Below, one piece after another: positions 49,489-58,875 of a stretch of 64,000 bases of DNA. Both the position numbers and the translations under genes were made by a program. Every line of letters starts with the position of its first letter. The first letter of the stretch is position 1. Origin of the DNA: Opitutales bacterium (GTDB lineage Bacteria; Verrucomicrobiota; Verrucomicrobiia; Opitutales; JAVBMG01); the NCBI GenBank assembly GCA_031552815.1, contig JAVBMG010000008.1:54666-118665 (forward strand), given 5' to 3'. The notes beneath the pieces are model-generated. The model was given only the letters and a program-made list of their open reading frames with translations. It searched no databases and had not been told where the DNA came from.

Positions 49489-51563
49489 AAGGCATCCAGA
49501 ATGTCCGTGGGTGAGATCAGTTCAGGGAGAATGACCGGTTCTTTGTTTGGAATGAATAAAACATTAAAGGGAACCGCAAAACGATTGAACCGGGCAAGTT
49601 CCTGCGTTATGGCCGGATCTTTGTTTGTCCAGTCCGCTTTTAGTAAAACAACGTTCTGTTCGCGGAAGGCTTTTTGAACATCCGTATCGTTGTAGTTACG
49701 TTTGTTCCATTGGCAGGTTGCGCACCAGCGGGCAGTGAAATCCACATAGACTTTTTTACCGGATGCCAGCGCTTGTTCAACCCGCTCGTGCGACCAGGGT
49801 TCCCAAACAAGTGTCTCATTGCTTTGAGTGTTCGCCTGTTCCCGCGATCGGGATATGCTCAAGAGGCTCCCTGTTACCGTAAGGAGAATAAGCATCAGTG
49901 AAAGCCCTGTCGCCAGGACGCGTGTTTTCCTCGTCCGTCCGATGTTTGCCCAACGTCCGTAAATCCAGAGCGAAAAAGCGATCACAATCAGTCCAAGCAG
50001 TAAATAAAGCAGGATGCTTTCATCAGGAATCTGGCCGATGAATGTCCACACGAGGAAGGCGACGGTAGCATAGAGAAGAAACGCCATGCCTTGTTTGAAA
50101 CTTTCCATCCAGGCTCCGGGCTTGGGTAAGCAATTCAGCAGGGACGGGAACAGAGAGAGGAGCAGATACGGAAATGCGAGACCCAGTCCGATCATCGTGA
50201 AAAGCACGAGTGAAGGGAATGCGGGTAAGGTCAGGATTTTTCCCAAGGCAGGCGCAAGGAAAGGCGCGGAACAAGGGGTGGCAATAACTGTTGCAAGAAA
50301 CCCTGAAAAAAAGGAGCCGCTTAATCCGCTTTTGCGCGTGAGCGAGGATCCGACGTTCATGGCGGACGTACCGATTTCAAAAACACCGCTGAGATTCATC
50401 GCAAAGGCGAGAATAACGATTATCAGCAGGTAAATAAATCTCGGTTCTTGTAATTGGAATCCCCATCCTAACTGGGTTCCGCCTTGCCTAAGTGCAATGA
50501 GCAATATGGCCATGATCCAGAAGGATAATAAAACACCTGCAGTGAAGGTGATTCCATGGGCGATGATTTTTGATTTTTCATTGCCTGATTGATTGACGAA
50601 TCCGACAATCTTTAATCCGATGACCGGAAACACGCAGGGCATCAGGTTAAGTATCAGTCCTCCCAGAAAACCAAATCCCAGTGTGGTGAGAAAACCGGCA
50701 TTAAAGGCGAATGCGGCAGTGGTATTCGGAGTGACGGTAGCATGAATCGCATGTCCCGGTATGCTTATATGTGTGTTTCCCTGATCGGTGCTTATTTCCA
50801 GTATGCCGGAAATCATTTCCGGCAATGTGGATGTTTTATTCAACGGTAACAGCAGCGTCACGGAATGGTTTTCCTGGTTGAATGTTTGAGGCTTGTCTGC
50901 CGCGATGATTTCTTTGTCGGAATAAAAATAAGCAGAATGGATTTGTACGGGATCTGATAATGTGAATTTGGCCGTGAGCGTATCATTCCCAAATGAAAAA
51001 TCGGCTGTCAGCTTCGGATCTGTTTTGGGAAGTCGGTTTCTGGCTTCGGAGAAAAAACTTTCTTCCTGGGTATCTGTTTTTGCCGGGGAAGCGACAGGGA
51101 TTGTTAATTGAAGCGTGGTTTTGGCAGGTACGCAGACATCTTTGCAGATGAGGAGATTTACCGTTGCGTTAAAGGTGAGCTGCGGGGCGGTAATCTTTTT
51201 ATCCAATGTTACCGGGATCAAAAGAAATGTGTTCCCTTCGCTGCCGTAATTGATGATACCGTCAAAATCGAATCGTTTGGGAGCAGGGTAGGTGATTTCG
51301 CCGAAATCCACGCCTTCGATCGTTTCCCAGCTTATTTCGGGAGGCAGTCCCGGTCCTCCGGGATTTTTCCAGTAAATATGCCATCCTGGTTCCAGCTTTA
51401 TGGCGATGCCTAACCAAAATGTTTTCCCGGGGCTTATCTGTTCGTTTTCCGAATGTAATTGAAGCGTTGCATAGCTTGCCTGCACTTCTTCCGAGCTTTT
51501 GGCAAAAAGGGAAGGAAGAAAAAACAGAAACAAAATAAGCATTCGTGCGTATCTCATGTTCAT
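49479..51563 (-). CDS. dsbD: thiol:disulfide interchange protein DsbD-like (N-terminal alpha domain, CcdA-type TM core, C-terminal thioredoxin)
   Basis: CKDVCVP in the N-domain. TM-core cysteines in LMPCVFPVIG and ATPCSAPFL. C-terminal thioredoxin WCATCQ. The start is ATG 51563 or 51557. Confidence 0.8.
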   Translation of the reverse strand: MNMRYARMLILFLFFLPSLFAKSSEEVQASYATLQLHSENEQISPGKTFWLGIAIKLEPGWHIYWKNPGGPGLPPEISWETIEGVDFGEITYPAPKRFDFDGIINYGSEGNTFLLIPVTLDKKITAPQLTFNATVNLLICKDVCVPAKTTLQLTIPVASPAKTDTQEESFFSEARNRLPKTDPKLTADFSFGNDTLTAKFTLSDPVQIHSAYFYSDKEIIAADKPQTFNQENHSVTLLLPLNKTSTLPEMISGILEISTDQGNTHISIPGHAIHATVTPNTTAAFAFNAGFLTTLGFGFLGGLILNLMPCVFPVIGLKIVGFVNQSGNEKSKIIAHGITFTAGVLLSFWIMAILLIALRQGGTQLGWGFQLQEPRFIYLLIIVILAFAMNLSGVFEIGTSAMNVGSSLTRKSGLSGSFFSGFLATVIATPCSAPFLAPALGKILTLPAFPSLVLFTMIGLGLAFPYLLLSLFPSLLNCLPKPGAWMESFKQGMAFLLYATVAFLVWTFIGQIPDESILLYLLLGLIVIAFSLWIYGRWANIGRTRKTRVLATGLSLMLILLTVTGSLLSISRSREQANTQSNETLVWEPWSHERVEQALASGKKVYVDFTARWCATCQWNKRNYNDTDVQKAFREQNVVLLKADWTNKDPAITQELARFNRFAVPFNVLFIPNKEPVILPELISPTDILDALKK

Positions 51564-51647
51564 TACGATGTCCAAAGAGCGGATTTTATCAAGTAATAGA
51601 ATACAGGCCCGGTTCTCCAACGGCAAAAATACTGTTTTTGTTTGCTT

Positions 51648-52688
51648 ATGCGCATGTATTATCCCTATGTTCGATTGCTTTCGAATCGTAAAATGCTGAG
51701 CATCATAAACAAATATGTACAGTGGTCATGGGCGGAAGCGCTGAGAGGCGCTCTCTGCATGTTACCGTCCATCGTTCTTTGCTTGCTTGGTAAACCGGTT
51801 TACGGTTTGGAAATCGGTATTTGCAGTATTCCGTTGGCCATGGTCGGCATACAACCGGAGCGTCAAGACAGGCTTCGCTTGCTGTTTGCAGTAGTCATGC
51901 TTTCCATTGTGTTCGGACTTGGAGTTGTCCTTCCCGGTGTTTGGTGGATGGATATGATTTCCGTATTCCTGGTCGTTTATGCGACGGTTCCCTTGGCTGT
52001 TTTTACGCGGATTGGCCTGCTTGCTTATCTGATTCTCTTACCCTCGTTTGTTGTGGCTGTCAGCAATCATTCATCAGCGGATAGCGGCTTGCCCATTTCC
52101 TTGCTTTTATTTTCGAGCGGTGTGTGGATTGTCATCGTGAATTATCTCTTTCCAGAAAAAAAAGAGAAAAAACGGAAGAAGGCTTCTCCCCGTGTTCCTG
52201 AGATTCCCAAGATTCATAGATTGGGTCTTCTATTTGCCTGTGCCATTGTGGGAACCATGTATATCGGTTATTATCTTGAAATCAAGGATCCTGCCTGGGC
52301 GGCGATTGCTGCGACGCTGATTATCCGTCCGCATGATGAAATGCTTAAGTTCCGGGGGATTGTTCGTGTCATGGCTACGACCGGCGGTATCTTATTGGCT
52401 TTTTCCATGATGCCGTCCGCTGAAAATAATTGTGTGTTGGGTATTTATCTGTTCGGCATAGCGGTTATCATTATTGCGATGCGCAAAATTCAATGGTACT
52501 TGTTTCCGGCAGGTATGGCATTGCTTCTGGTTTTACTCTATAATAAGCAGGAGCCGAGTGATTTTATCACCGTGTTGAATTTCGGTCTGATCAGGAATAC
52601 GATTGGTTCCATGGTTGCACTTTATTTTGGCTTGTGTATTCCGTGGATGATTGGCCGCGTATTAGCTGAATTTCGCAAAAATAACTAG
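51648..52688 (+). CDS. polytopic integral membrane protein (FUSC/ArAE-like, tentative)
   Basis: About 9-10 hydrophobic helices and a central basic loop KKEKKRKK. No catalytic motif. The family call rests on topology only. Confidence 0.45.
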   Translation: MRMYYPYVRLLSNRKMLSIINKYVQWSWAEALRGALCMLPSIVLCLLGKPVYGLEIGICSIPLAMVGIQPERQDRLRLLFAVVMLSIVFGLGVVLPGVWWMDMISVFLVVYATVPLAVFTRIGLLAYLILLPSFVVAVSNHSSADSGLPISLLLFSSGVWIVIVNYLFPEKKEKKRKKASPRVPEIPKIHRLGLLFACAIVGTMYIGYYLEIKDPAWAAIAATLIIRPHDEMLKFRGIVRVMATTGGILLAFSMMPSAENNCVLGIYLFGIAVIIIAMRKIQWYLFPAGMALLLVLLYNKQEPSDFITVLNFGLIRNTIGSMVALYFGLCIPWMIGRVLAEFRKNN

Positions 52689-52703
52689 TATTACTGGAAG
52701 TTC

Positions 52704-52731
52704 GGAAAATATATTTTCCCCCTATTTTTTT
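52704..52731 (+). terminator. AT-rich palindrome plus T-run after the membrane-protein gene
   Basis: GGAAAATATATTTTCC (a perfect 16-bp palindrome) followed by CCCTATTTTTTT. The stem is weak and AU-rich. Confidence 0.4.
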
Positions 52732-52979
52732 GCACTGTACGCATAAACCAGTCCGTTATCTCTTCAGTGAGTATCTATAAGTATCACCCATCTTTCGCAC
52801 TTTCGTAAAGTATATAATATAAGTACTGTTGTTGCTGAAATGTATCTTCGTTATTCTTCAGATAAACATTCTTTGCGAAAAACAAGATAAAAAAAATTTG
52901 ACAAAAGGAGGATATACTGCTTTTTATTTAGCCCATGATTAATAATGACTCATCGAAAGAGGCTGTCAAATTGATGTTG

Positions 52980-53015
52980 CCCTCGTTCAAGGATGAACGG
53001 GGATGTTTGTTTTTG
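52980..53015 (+). promoter_or_regulatory. hairpin plus U-tract inside the 493-bp leader upstream of pilT (possible attenuator or sRNA 3' end)
   Basis: CCC(T)CGTTCA-AGGA-TGAACGGGG followed by ATGTTTGTTTTTG. Confidence 0.35.
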
Positions 53016-53181
53016 AAGGGAAATAAATCCATTGGGTTTGTTTACATTGGGGGCGTTCAGTTCGCTTCTTTCTGATTTTTGTTCGTTATTAATTAACGTT
53101 TTATCTGAATTGCTTTAACTAAAGACTGATCTGTTTTATATTATTTGGTTAAATTAAACATATCTTGTTTGTTAGTTTATT

Positions 53182-54240
53182 ATGAATACGAAGGAACTTA
53201 TTAATATAGGATTACAAAAAGATGCATCGGACGTTCACCTTTGTGAAGGTGATCCTTTGGTTCTTCGTGTTGACGGTGTGGTTAGCAAATTTCCCGAATA
53301 TCCGGTAACAAAAGAAAATTTGGATGAGGTCGTAGATAGCTGGATTACCGTGGCGCAGCGAAAAGGCTTTGTTGAATCGATGCATGCGGTTGACTTTGCG
53401 ACCAATATTGACGGGCAGGATATGCGCTGTCATATGTTCCTTTCAGGCGGAAAGCGTTGTATCGCCATCCGTTTCATGCGGGCAAAGATTCCGACCATGG
53501 ATGACCTCATGTTGCCCAAGGCGTTTCAGCAAATTATTAAGGATGGCCGTCCGACCGGATTAATTCTGGTCACCGGTTATACCGGCTCCGGTAAATCCAC
53601 GACACTCGCAGCCTCCTTGAACTGGTTAAACCAGAACGAGCCCTTGAATATTGTTACTTTGGAACACCCGATCGAATACCGTTACAAGCAGGAGAAAAGT
53701 ATTATCCGCCAGAGAGAAGTAGGCCGGGATGTTCATGACTTTAACGCGGGAATGGTAGATGCCATGCGTGAAGACCCTGATGTGATTCTGATCGGTGAGT
53801 TGCGTGATGCCGAAACCGTGAAAGCAGCGGTGTCTGCCGCGGAAACAGGACACTTGGTGTTTGGAACATTGCACACGCGTACGGCAGCATCAACTATTAG
53901 TCGTATTTTTGACGTGGTTCCTGCCGATGAACGTGACCAAATTCGCACCATGGTGGCTTCATCTTTGCTGGCGGTTATCGGTCAGCGACTGGTTCCGAAA
54001 ATCAGTGGCGGCCGTGTGGCTGTTTTTGAATTGATGGTAAACTGCCCGGCTGTGGCTGGGGCAATCCGTGAAAACCGCCCCGGACAGCTTGCGAATGAAA
54101 TCGCGGTAAAAAAAGAGCTGGGAATGATTGACTTTGATACTTGTTTATTAAACTACGTCCGGGATAAGGTAATCACACCTGAGGACGCCATAGCCACTTC
54201 TGACCGTCCTGATGAGCTGAAAAAACGCTTGGGCCGATAA
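53182..54240 (+). CDS. pilT: PilT/PilU-family type IV pilus retraction ATPase
   Basis: 352 aa. Walker A GYTGSGKST, Asp-box/Walker B DPDVILIGELRD, His-box GHLVFGTLHT and a C-terminal AIRENRPGQL (AIRNLIRE-like) motif. Confidence 0.88.
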   Translation: MNTKELINIGLQKDASDVHLCEGDPLVLRVDGVVSKFPEYPVTKENLDEVVDSWITVAQRKGFVESMHAVDFATNIDGQDMRCHMFLSGGKRCIAIRFMRAKIPTMDDLMLPKAFQQIIKDGRPTGLILVTGYTGSGKSTTLAASLNWLNQNEPLNIVTLEHPIEYRYKQEKSIIRQREVGRDVHDFNAGMVDAMREDPDVILIGELRDAETVKAAVSAAETGHLVFGTLHTRTAASTISRIFDVVPADERDQIRTMVASSLLAVIGQRLVPKISGGRVAVFELMVNCPAVAGAIRENRPGQLANEIAVKKELGMIDFDTCLLNYVRDKVITPEDAIATSDRPDELKKRLGR

Positions 54241-54253
54241 TCTATAAGCACTA

Positions 54254-56194
54254 ATGAAACAAACACTAAACAGTCTTGCCAAAGCCGGTTTGAAAAAGGG
54301 AACCTTCGGGATATCTCTTCTGATGCTTGCCATGCCGCTTGCGCTGGAAGCGCAGTTCGTGATTGCCATTGACGGAGCAGTGAACAATGCGGCGCAAAAT
54401 GCAAATGCTGAAGCTTCGGAAAAGGATATGCAAGTACAGCAGGCTCCGCAAAATCCAAAAAGTCCTTTGGACAAGATGATTCCTTATTTCAGCCAGGACG
54501 ACCAACCGATTCCCCGCGTAATGCAGGCGCTTGGCCGTTCAAACGGTATCAGTATCATTTGTGATCCGAATATTGACGGAAAAGTCTATGTGGAATTTTA
54601 TAACATCAGCCTGCGCGGTGCCTTGGATGCGATTTGCGATCCTTACGGTTTTTATTGGGAACTGGAACCGAATGGCTGGGTATCTATTCGCAGGACAAAG
54701 ACCATTATTTATCATGTGGAATATCCGCGTCTGGAACGTACGGGAACCGCCACCTCGGAAATCAACCTTGGAAACGTAGGCTATAGTAATAATAATAATA
54801 ATATGAACGGAGGAAGTTCCGGTGGCTCTTCGCGCGGCAGTGGCAGTGGTGGTGGCGGAAGCGGAAATAATGAAGAAGATGAAGATAAAGCCAGTGTCAA
54901 GGTTGAGCAGAAGAATGATGATCCTTTCTGGACAAAGCTGGAAACAGAATTGAAGAGTGTACTTATTGATGATAAGACAGAAAAAATCACATTTAATCGT
55001 TTTTCGGGAACCGTTCAAGTGACTGCCGGGCGCAAAACACACCAATATGTAACGGATTATCTTGGATCCATCAACATGCGGATCGGGATGCAGGTAGAAA
55101 TTGTGGCCAAGATTGTCGAGGTGCAATTGGATGACCAGCACAAACTGGGTATTGACTGGCGCCAGGCAGCAACGAGTATCGGCGGTAAAAATGGATTGCA
55201 GATCGGTCAGCCGGAACTGTCACCTTCTACGGGGGAAATCATGGGTGACGTGATCGGAAACACAAATATAATGAAATTCGGTAGTTTTGAATTTTCTCCG
55301 GATACCTTTTCCGGAACCATCGGTCTCGGTGACATCAGCGCAATGATTTACGCATTGTCGCAACAAGGAACCGTGAATACGATTTCATCACCGCGGATTG
55401 TAACGACCAATAACCAAACAGCGTATATCAAGGATACGAACGATAAGCCCTTCTTCCAGTTGCAGCAGTCTGCCGAATATCGTAATTATGATAATAACAA
55501 CGGAACCGATTCTACCTACCGTAGTTATCAGATTAATACCATTTCCATCGGTACTATCATGGCGGTAACGCCGCAGGTGGCGAATAACGGGGATATCACT
55601 TTGGATGTCATGCCGGCATTAACCCGTTTGAAAGATACCGCGACTTCGCCGGACAAATTGTCAAATGCTCCCGACCTTCAGGTTAAGCAGGCATCGACGA
55701 TTGTTCGTTTGCGTAGCGGGGAAACAGCCGTTATCGGCGGTTTGATTACGGATGCGGAAGGCGTGATGACACGCGGCGTTCCTTTCCTCGAAGACATTCC
55801 CTTTATCGGTAAATACCTGTTTCAGTCGGAAGCCACCTATCATACGAAAAGTGAATTGGTCATTTTCTTGACGCCGCGTATTATTAAACCGGGATCCTTG
55901 ATTGATATTGATGAGGAGACCAAGCGGAATGCGGTGAGAAATCATACCGTAACCCCGGTCAAGGCTCCGTCGATGCCGACAGGCATTTCTGATATTCGTG
56001 GTGCGAATGGTGAATATCATGACGGTTATCGTTACGATGGCAATGTTTACAATCAGGTCAGTTCCGACGGTAGCAACTATAACCAGGGAAACTACCGCGG
56101 ATCAAATACGGATGAGATCACGGACGAAGGCTTGGGGGGAGATGATCCGAGGCGAACCAAGCTCAAACCGGTCGAAAATGTAAGTTTATTTTAA
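54254..56194 (+). CDS. secretin (PilQ/MshL/GspD family outer-membrane channel)
   Basis: Signal peptide. The C-terminal secretin domain carries SSPRIVTTNNQTAYI and VPFLEDIPFIGKYLF...SELVIFLTPRII. There is an internal N/G/S-rich low-complexity linker. Confidence 0.85.
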   Translation: MKQTLNSLAKAGLKKGTFGISLLMLAMPLALEAQFVIAIDGAVNNAAQNANAEASEKDMQVQQAPQNPKSPLDKMIPYFSQDDQPIPRVMQALGRSNGISIICDPNIDGKVYVEFYNISLRGALDAICDPYGFYWELEPNGWVSIRRTKTIIYHVEYPRLERTGTATSEINLGNVGYSNNNNNMNGGSSGGSSRGSGSGGGGSGNNEEDEDKASVKVEQKNDDPFWTKLETELKSVLIDDKTEKITFNRFSGTVQVTAGRKTHQYVTDYLGSINMRIGMQVEIVAKIVEVQLDDQHKLGIDWRQAATSIGGKNGLQIGQPELSPSTGEIMGDVIGNTNIMKFGSFEFSPDTFSGTIGLGDISAMIYALSQQGTVNTISSPRIVTTNNQTAYIKDTNDKPFFQLQQSAEYRNYDNNNGTDSTYRSYQINTISIGTIMAVTPQVANNGDITLDVMPALTRLKDTATSPDKLSNAPDLQVKQASTIVRLRSGETAVIGGLITDAEGVMTRGVPFLEDIPFIGKYLFQSEATYHTKSELVIFLTPRIIKPGSLIDIDEETKRNAVRNHTVTPVKAPSMPTGISDIRGANGEYHDGYRYDGNVYNQVSSDGSNYNQGNYRGSNTDEITDEGLGGDDPRRTKLKPVENVSLF

Positions 56195-56228
56195 AGCAGA
56201 ACAGAACAAAAGCACTACTAACACTTCT

Positions 56229-57998
56229 ATGAACACACGCTCAACTAACACAACAAATACGTCGTCCCATGTAAATGGGAACGGTGCTGTTGTGCCGTTA
56301 TCGGACGGGGAGCAGGTGCAGGAGCCTAAGGTTATCCGTTTTGAACCGGATTTTCTCTGGATGCCGCAGGTTTTGGTTCAGCAAGGAGTCGGCGCAAGCA
56401 GTATCAAGCTGGCTACGGATTATTATAATCAGCAGGGCCGTCGGATGAGTTATGGGGCTGTTCTGATTGAGTTGGGATTGATGACTCCGCCTTCCGTAGC
56501 CAAGATGATTGCCGATTATTACGGATTTGAAACGATTTCTTTGGGTGGTTTGCGGGTGACTCCTGAGGTGGCAAAACTCTTGCCCGCAAACATTTCACGC
56601 CGCCGCAAGGTGATCCCGATTCAGCGCGAAGGGCAAACGTTGACGGTGGCAGTTGCCGATCCGTCCGAACCGGGGTTTGGTGAAGTGCCACAGTTATTGG
56701 GTCGTGTCGGCATGCGGAATATTATTTTCAAGATTGCCTTGGAAGCGGAAGTGATCGGGAAACTGGAAGAAGTGTGGGCGCCGAAAATTGACGTTACCGA
56801 TCCGGCTCGATTCTTTGACTTGCTCGTTAATGAGGCAGTGATGATGGGGGTTTCCGATATTCACGTGGTACCGGAAGAAACACATATGCAGATCAAGTTC
56901 CGTCTGGACGGATTTATTCATCCCTATCGGGTGATTGATGGTTCCAACAAGGAAGCCATTAATGCGCGCTTCAAGATGAAAGGCGGCTTGGATATTGCTG
57001 TTAAAAACGTACCGCAGGACGGACGTGCCAAACTAGTGTTGAACGGAAAAAAGGTAAATCTGCGTTTCTCTTCTTTGCCGACGCTTTATGGAGAGAGCTT
57101 GGTCATGCGTATTCTTGACCAGTCCAAGGGCATTGTTCCGTTGGAAAAGCTTGGTATGCTGGATGATACCAAGGCCACGATTTTAAAAGCCGCCAATGCT
57201 GCTTACGGGTTTACCTATTTTGTAGGTCCTACCGGTTCCGGTAAAACAACGTCGCTGTATTCCATTATTAATACCTTGGATGTCAGTAATTACACGATGA
57301 TGACCTTGGAGGATCCGGTGGAATATGAATTCCGTAATATTCGCCAGACGGAAATTACCGATAATCTGACCTTTGCTTCCGGATTGCGTTCGTTGTTGCG
57401 TCAGGATCCCGATTATATTCTGGTCGGTGAAACGCGTGACAAGGAAACCGCGGAGTTGTCCATGCGCGCTGCCTTGACAGGCCATACCGGGTTTTCGACC
57501 TTGCACGCCAATACAGCCTTGGGTGGAATCGCCAGATTGATTGATATCGGGGTGGATCCCAGCATCATCATCAGCGCGGTGAATATCTTCGTATCGCAGC
57601 GTCTGGTGCGCCGTCTTTGTACCTGTAAGGAGCCGCATCCGCATGCGCAGGCAGTGGCGGATCACTACAGTATCCAGTTAAAACCGGGGCAAATGCTGTA
57701 TCGTCCGAAGCCGGGAGGTTGTGGACTATGCAACGGAACAGGATACAAAGGACGCGTCGGATTGTACGAATGCCGTCCGGTTGAGCCTTTTGCCGATATT
57801 ATTGTCAAGTCAGGCAAAGATGCCTTGCGCGATTGCGAGGCGGAAGCAAGAAGACTTTATGCAATGGAAATGGAAAAAGAAGGAAGTTCCATTTTCAGAA
57901 CCATGCGCCGTGAAGGTTTTATCAAGGCTGCCATGGGGCTTACTTCCATCGAGGAAGTGGTTGCACAAACAGAACCCGAAGCCGGGTTCGGTTCCTAA
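56229..57998 (+). CDS. PilB/GspE/MshE-family assembly ATPase
   Basis: T2SSE N-terminal domain, Walker A GPTGSGKTT, Asp-box LRQDPDYILVGETRD, His-box GHTGFSTLHAN, and a tetracysteine CTC...CGLCNGTGYKGRVGLYE. Confidence 0.9.
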   Translation: MNTRSTNTTNTSSHVNGNGAVVPLSDGEQVQEPKVIRFEPDFLWMPQVLVQQGVGASSIKLATDYYNQQGRRMSYGAVLIELGLMTPPSVAKMIADYYGFETISLGGLRVTPEVAKLLPANISRRRKVIPIQREGQTLTVAVADPSEPGFGEVPQLLGRVGMRNIIFKIALEAEVIGKLEEVWAPKIDVTDPARFFDLLVNEAVMMGVSDIHVVPEETHMQIKFRLDGFIHPYRVIDGSNKEAINARFKMKGGLDIAVKNVPQDGRAKLVLNGKKVNLRFSSLPTLYGESLVMRILDQSKGIVPLEKLGMLDDTKATILKAANAAYGFTYFVGPTGSGKTTSLYSIINTLDVSNYTMMTLEDPVEYEFRNIRQTEITDNLTFASGLRSLLRQDPDYILVGETRDKETAELSMRAALTGHTGFSTLHANTALGGIARLIDIGVDPSIIISAVNIFVSQRLVRRLCTCKEPHPHAQAVADHYSIQLKPGQMLYRPKPGGCGLCNGTGYKGRVGLYECRPVEPFADIIVKSGKDALRDCEAEARRLYAMEMEKEGSSIFRTMRREGFIKAAMGLTSIEEVVAQTEPEAGFGS

Positions 57999-58029
57999 AA
58001 ACAAAATAATAAACTAAGATATAAATCAT

Positions 58030-58782
58030 ATGAAAAACACAATGAAAAGTAAGAAGGGTTTTACCCTTATTGAAATGTTGGGCGTTCTCGCCATTATCGC
58101 GATCCTCGTTAGTATCGTCGCTGTTGGCGTATTGAAGGCTATCAACCGTTCACGTATCGTTTCCACGGTCGCTAACTTCAAAACCTACGAAACAGCCATG
58201 TTGGCATTCGTAACTCTGCCGGAAACTTTGGGATTTCTCCCGATCACTGAAGGCGCAAGTAACTACACTACATCTGTTCCAACGATAGGCGGAACGCCAG
58301 GAGCAAATGCAACTGACCCAGATTTGTATACACTTGGTCAAGTATTCTTGGGCGCAGGAGTTCTTGAGCGCATGCCAACTTTCCGCGTAGGTCGTGAATT
58401 GCCTTTTGCTTCCGGTTCTGATGTTCAGGCAGTGTGGAGTCAATCAGACGTTGCATGGTTGGATACACCAGTGGCTAATGCAAAGTTCACAACACAAAAG
58501 AAAGCTCGCTGTGAGGCTGTTGTAGCTACCGCAACGATTGGTCTTGGTACGAATTTTGCTCTTGGCGGTGGCGGTACAGCATCTGTACCTGTAGGTGCAA
58601 CGATCGCTTATGTAGTTGTTCCGCAGGTATCTTCAGCAGACGCTGTTGAATTGTCCAAGGAAGTAAATGGTTCGTTGAACAAGGCGACATTGACTAACGT
58701 AAAGCAAGACGACGGTCGTTTGACATTTGCAGTAGCAAGTGGCGGAATGACTGATGTTTATTACTATATCGGTAATATGTAA
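58030..58782 (+). CDS. type IV pilin / pseudopilin with a prepilin-type N-terminal cleavage-methylation signal (250 aa)
   Basis: Leader MKNTMKSKKG followed by FTLIEMLGVLAIIAILVSIV (Gly-1, Phe+1, Glu+5). The C-terminal globular part has a single Cys. Confidence 0.85.
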   Translation: MKNTMKSKKGFTLIEMLGVLAIIAILVSIVAVGVLKAINRSRIVSTVANFKTYETAMLAFVTLPETLGFLPITEGASNYTTSVPTIGGTPGANATDPDLYTLGQVFLGAGVLERMPTFRVGRELPFASGSDVQAVWSQSDVAWLDTPVANAKFTTQKKARCEAVVATATIGLGTNFALGGGGTASVPVGATIAYVVVPQVSSADAVELSKEVNGSLNKATLTNVKQDDGRLTFAVASGGMTDVYYYIGNM

Positions 58783-58825
58783 TATGTGATGCGTTGAATT
58801 CGTAAGAGAAAACGATCAATTAACT

Positions 58826-58859
58826 ATGATAGGATAAGCAGTTTTGCTTATCCTATCAT
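58826..58859 (+). terminator. strong hairpin immediately downstream of the pilin gene
   Basis: A perfect 15-bp stem ATGATAGGATAAGCA-GTTT-TGCTTATCCTATCAT, 44 nt after the pilin stop. No long U-tract, so partial termination or a stabiliser role is plausible. Confidence 0.65.
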
Positions 58860-58875
58860 TCAATTAAGGTAGATA

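Noticed and set aside
52898-52918. TTGACA ... TATACT as the pilus operon promoter.
   Set aside because: The spacer between the two hexamers is only 9 nt, against ~17 nt required. It is probably coincidental in AT-rich DNA.
52935-53075. A 46-codon ORF in the pilT leader, considered as a real small protein gene.
   Set aside because: It has no ribosome-binding site at a functional distance (AAGGAGG is ~25 nt upstream). It is interrupted structurally by a terminator-like hairpin, and the peptide is unremarkable. I kept it only as part of the leader finding.
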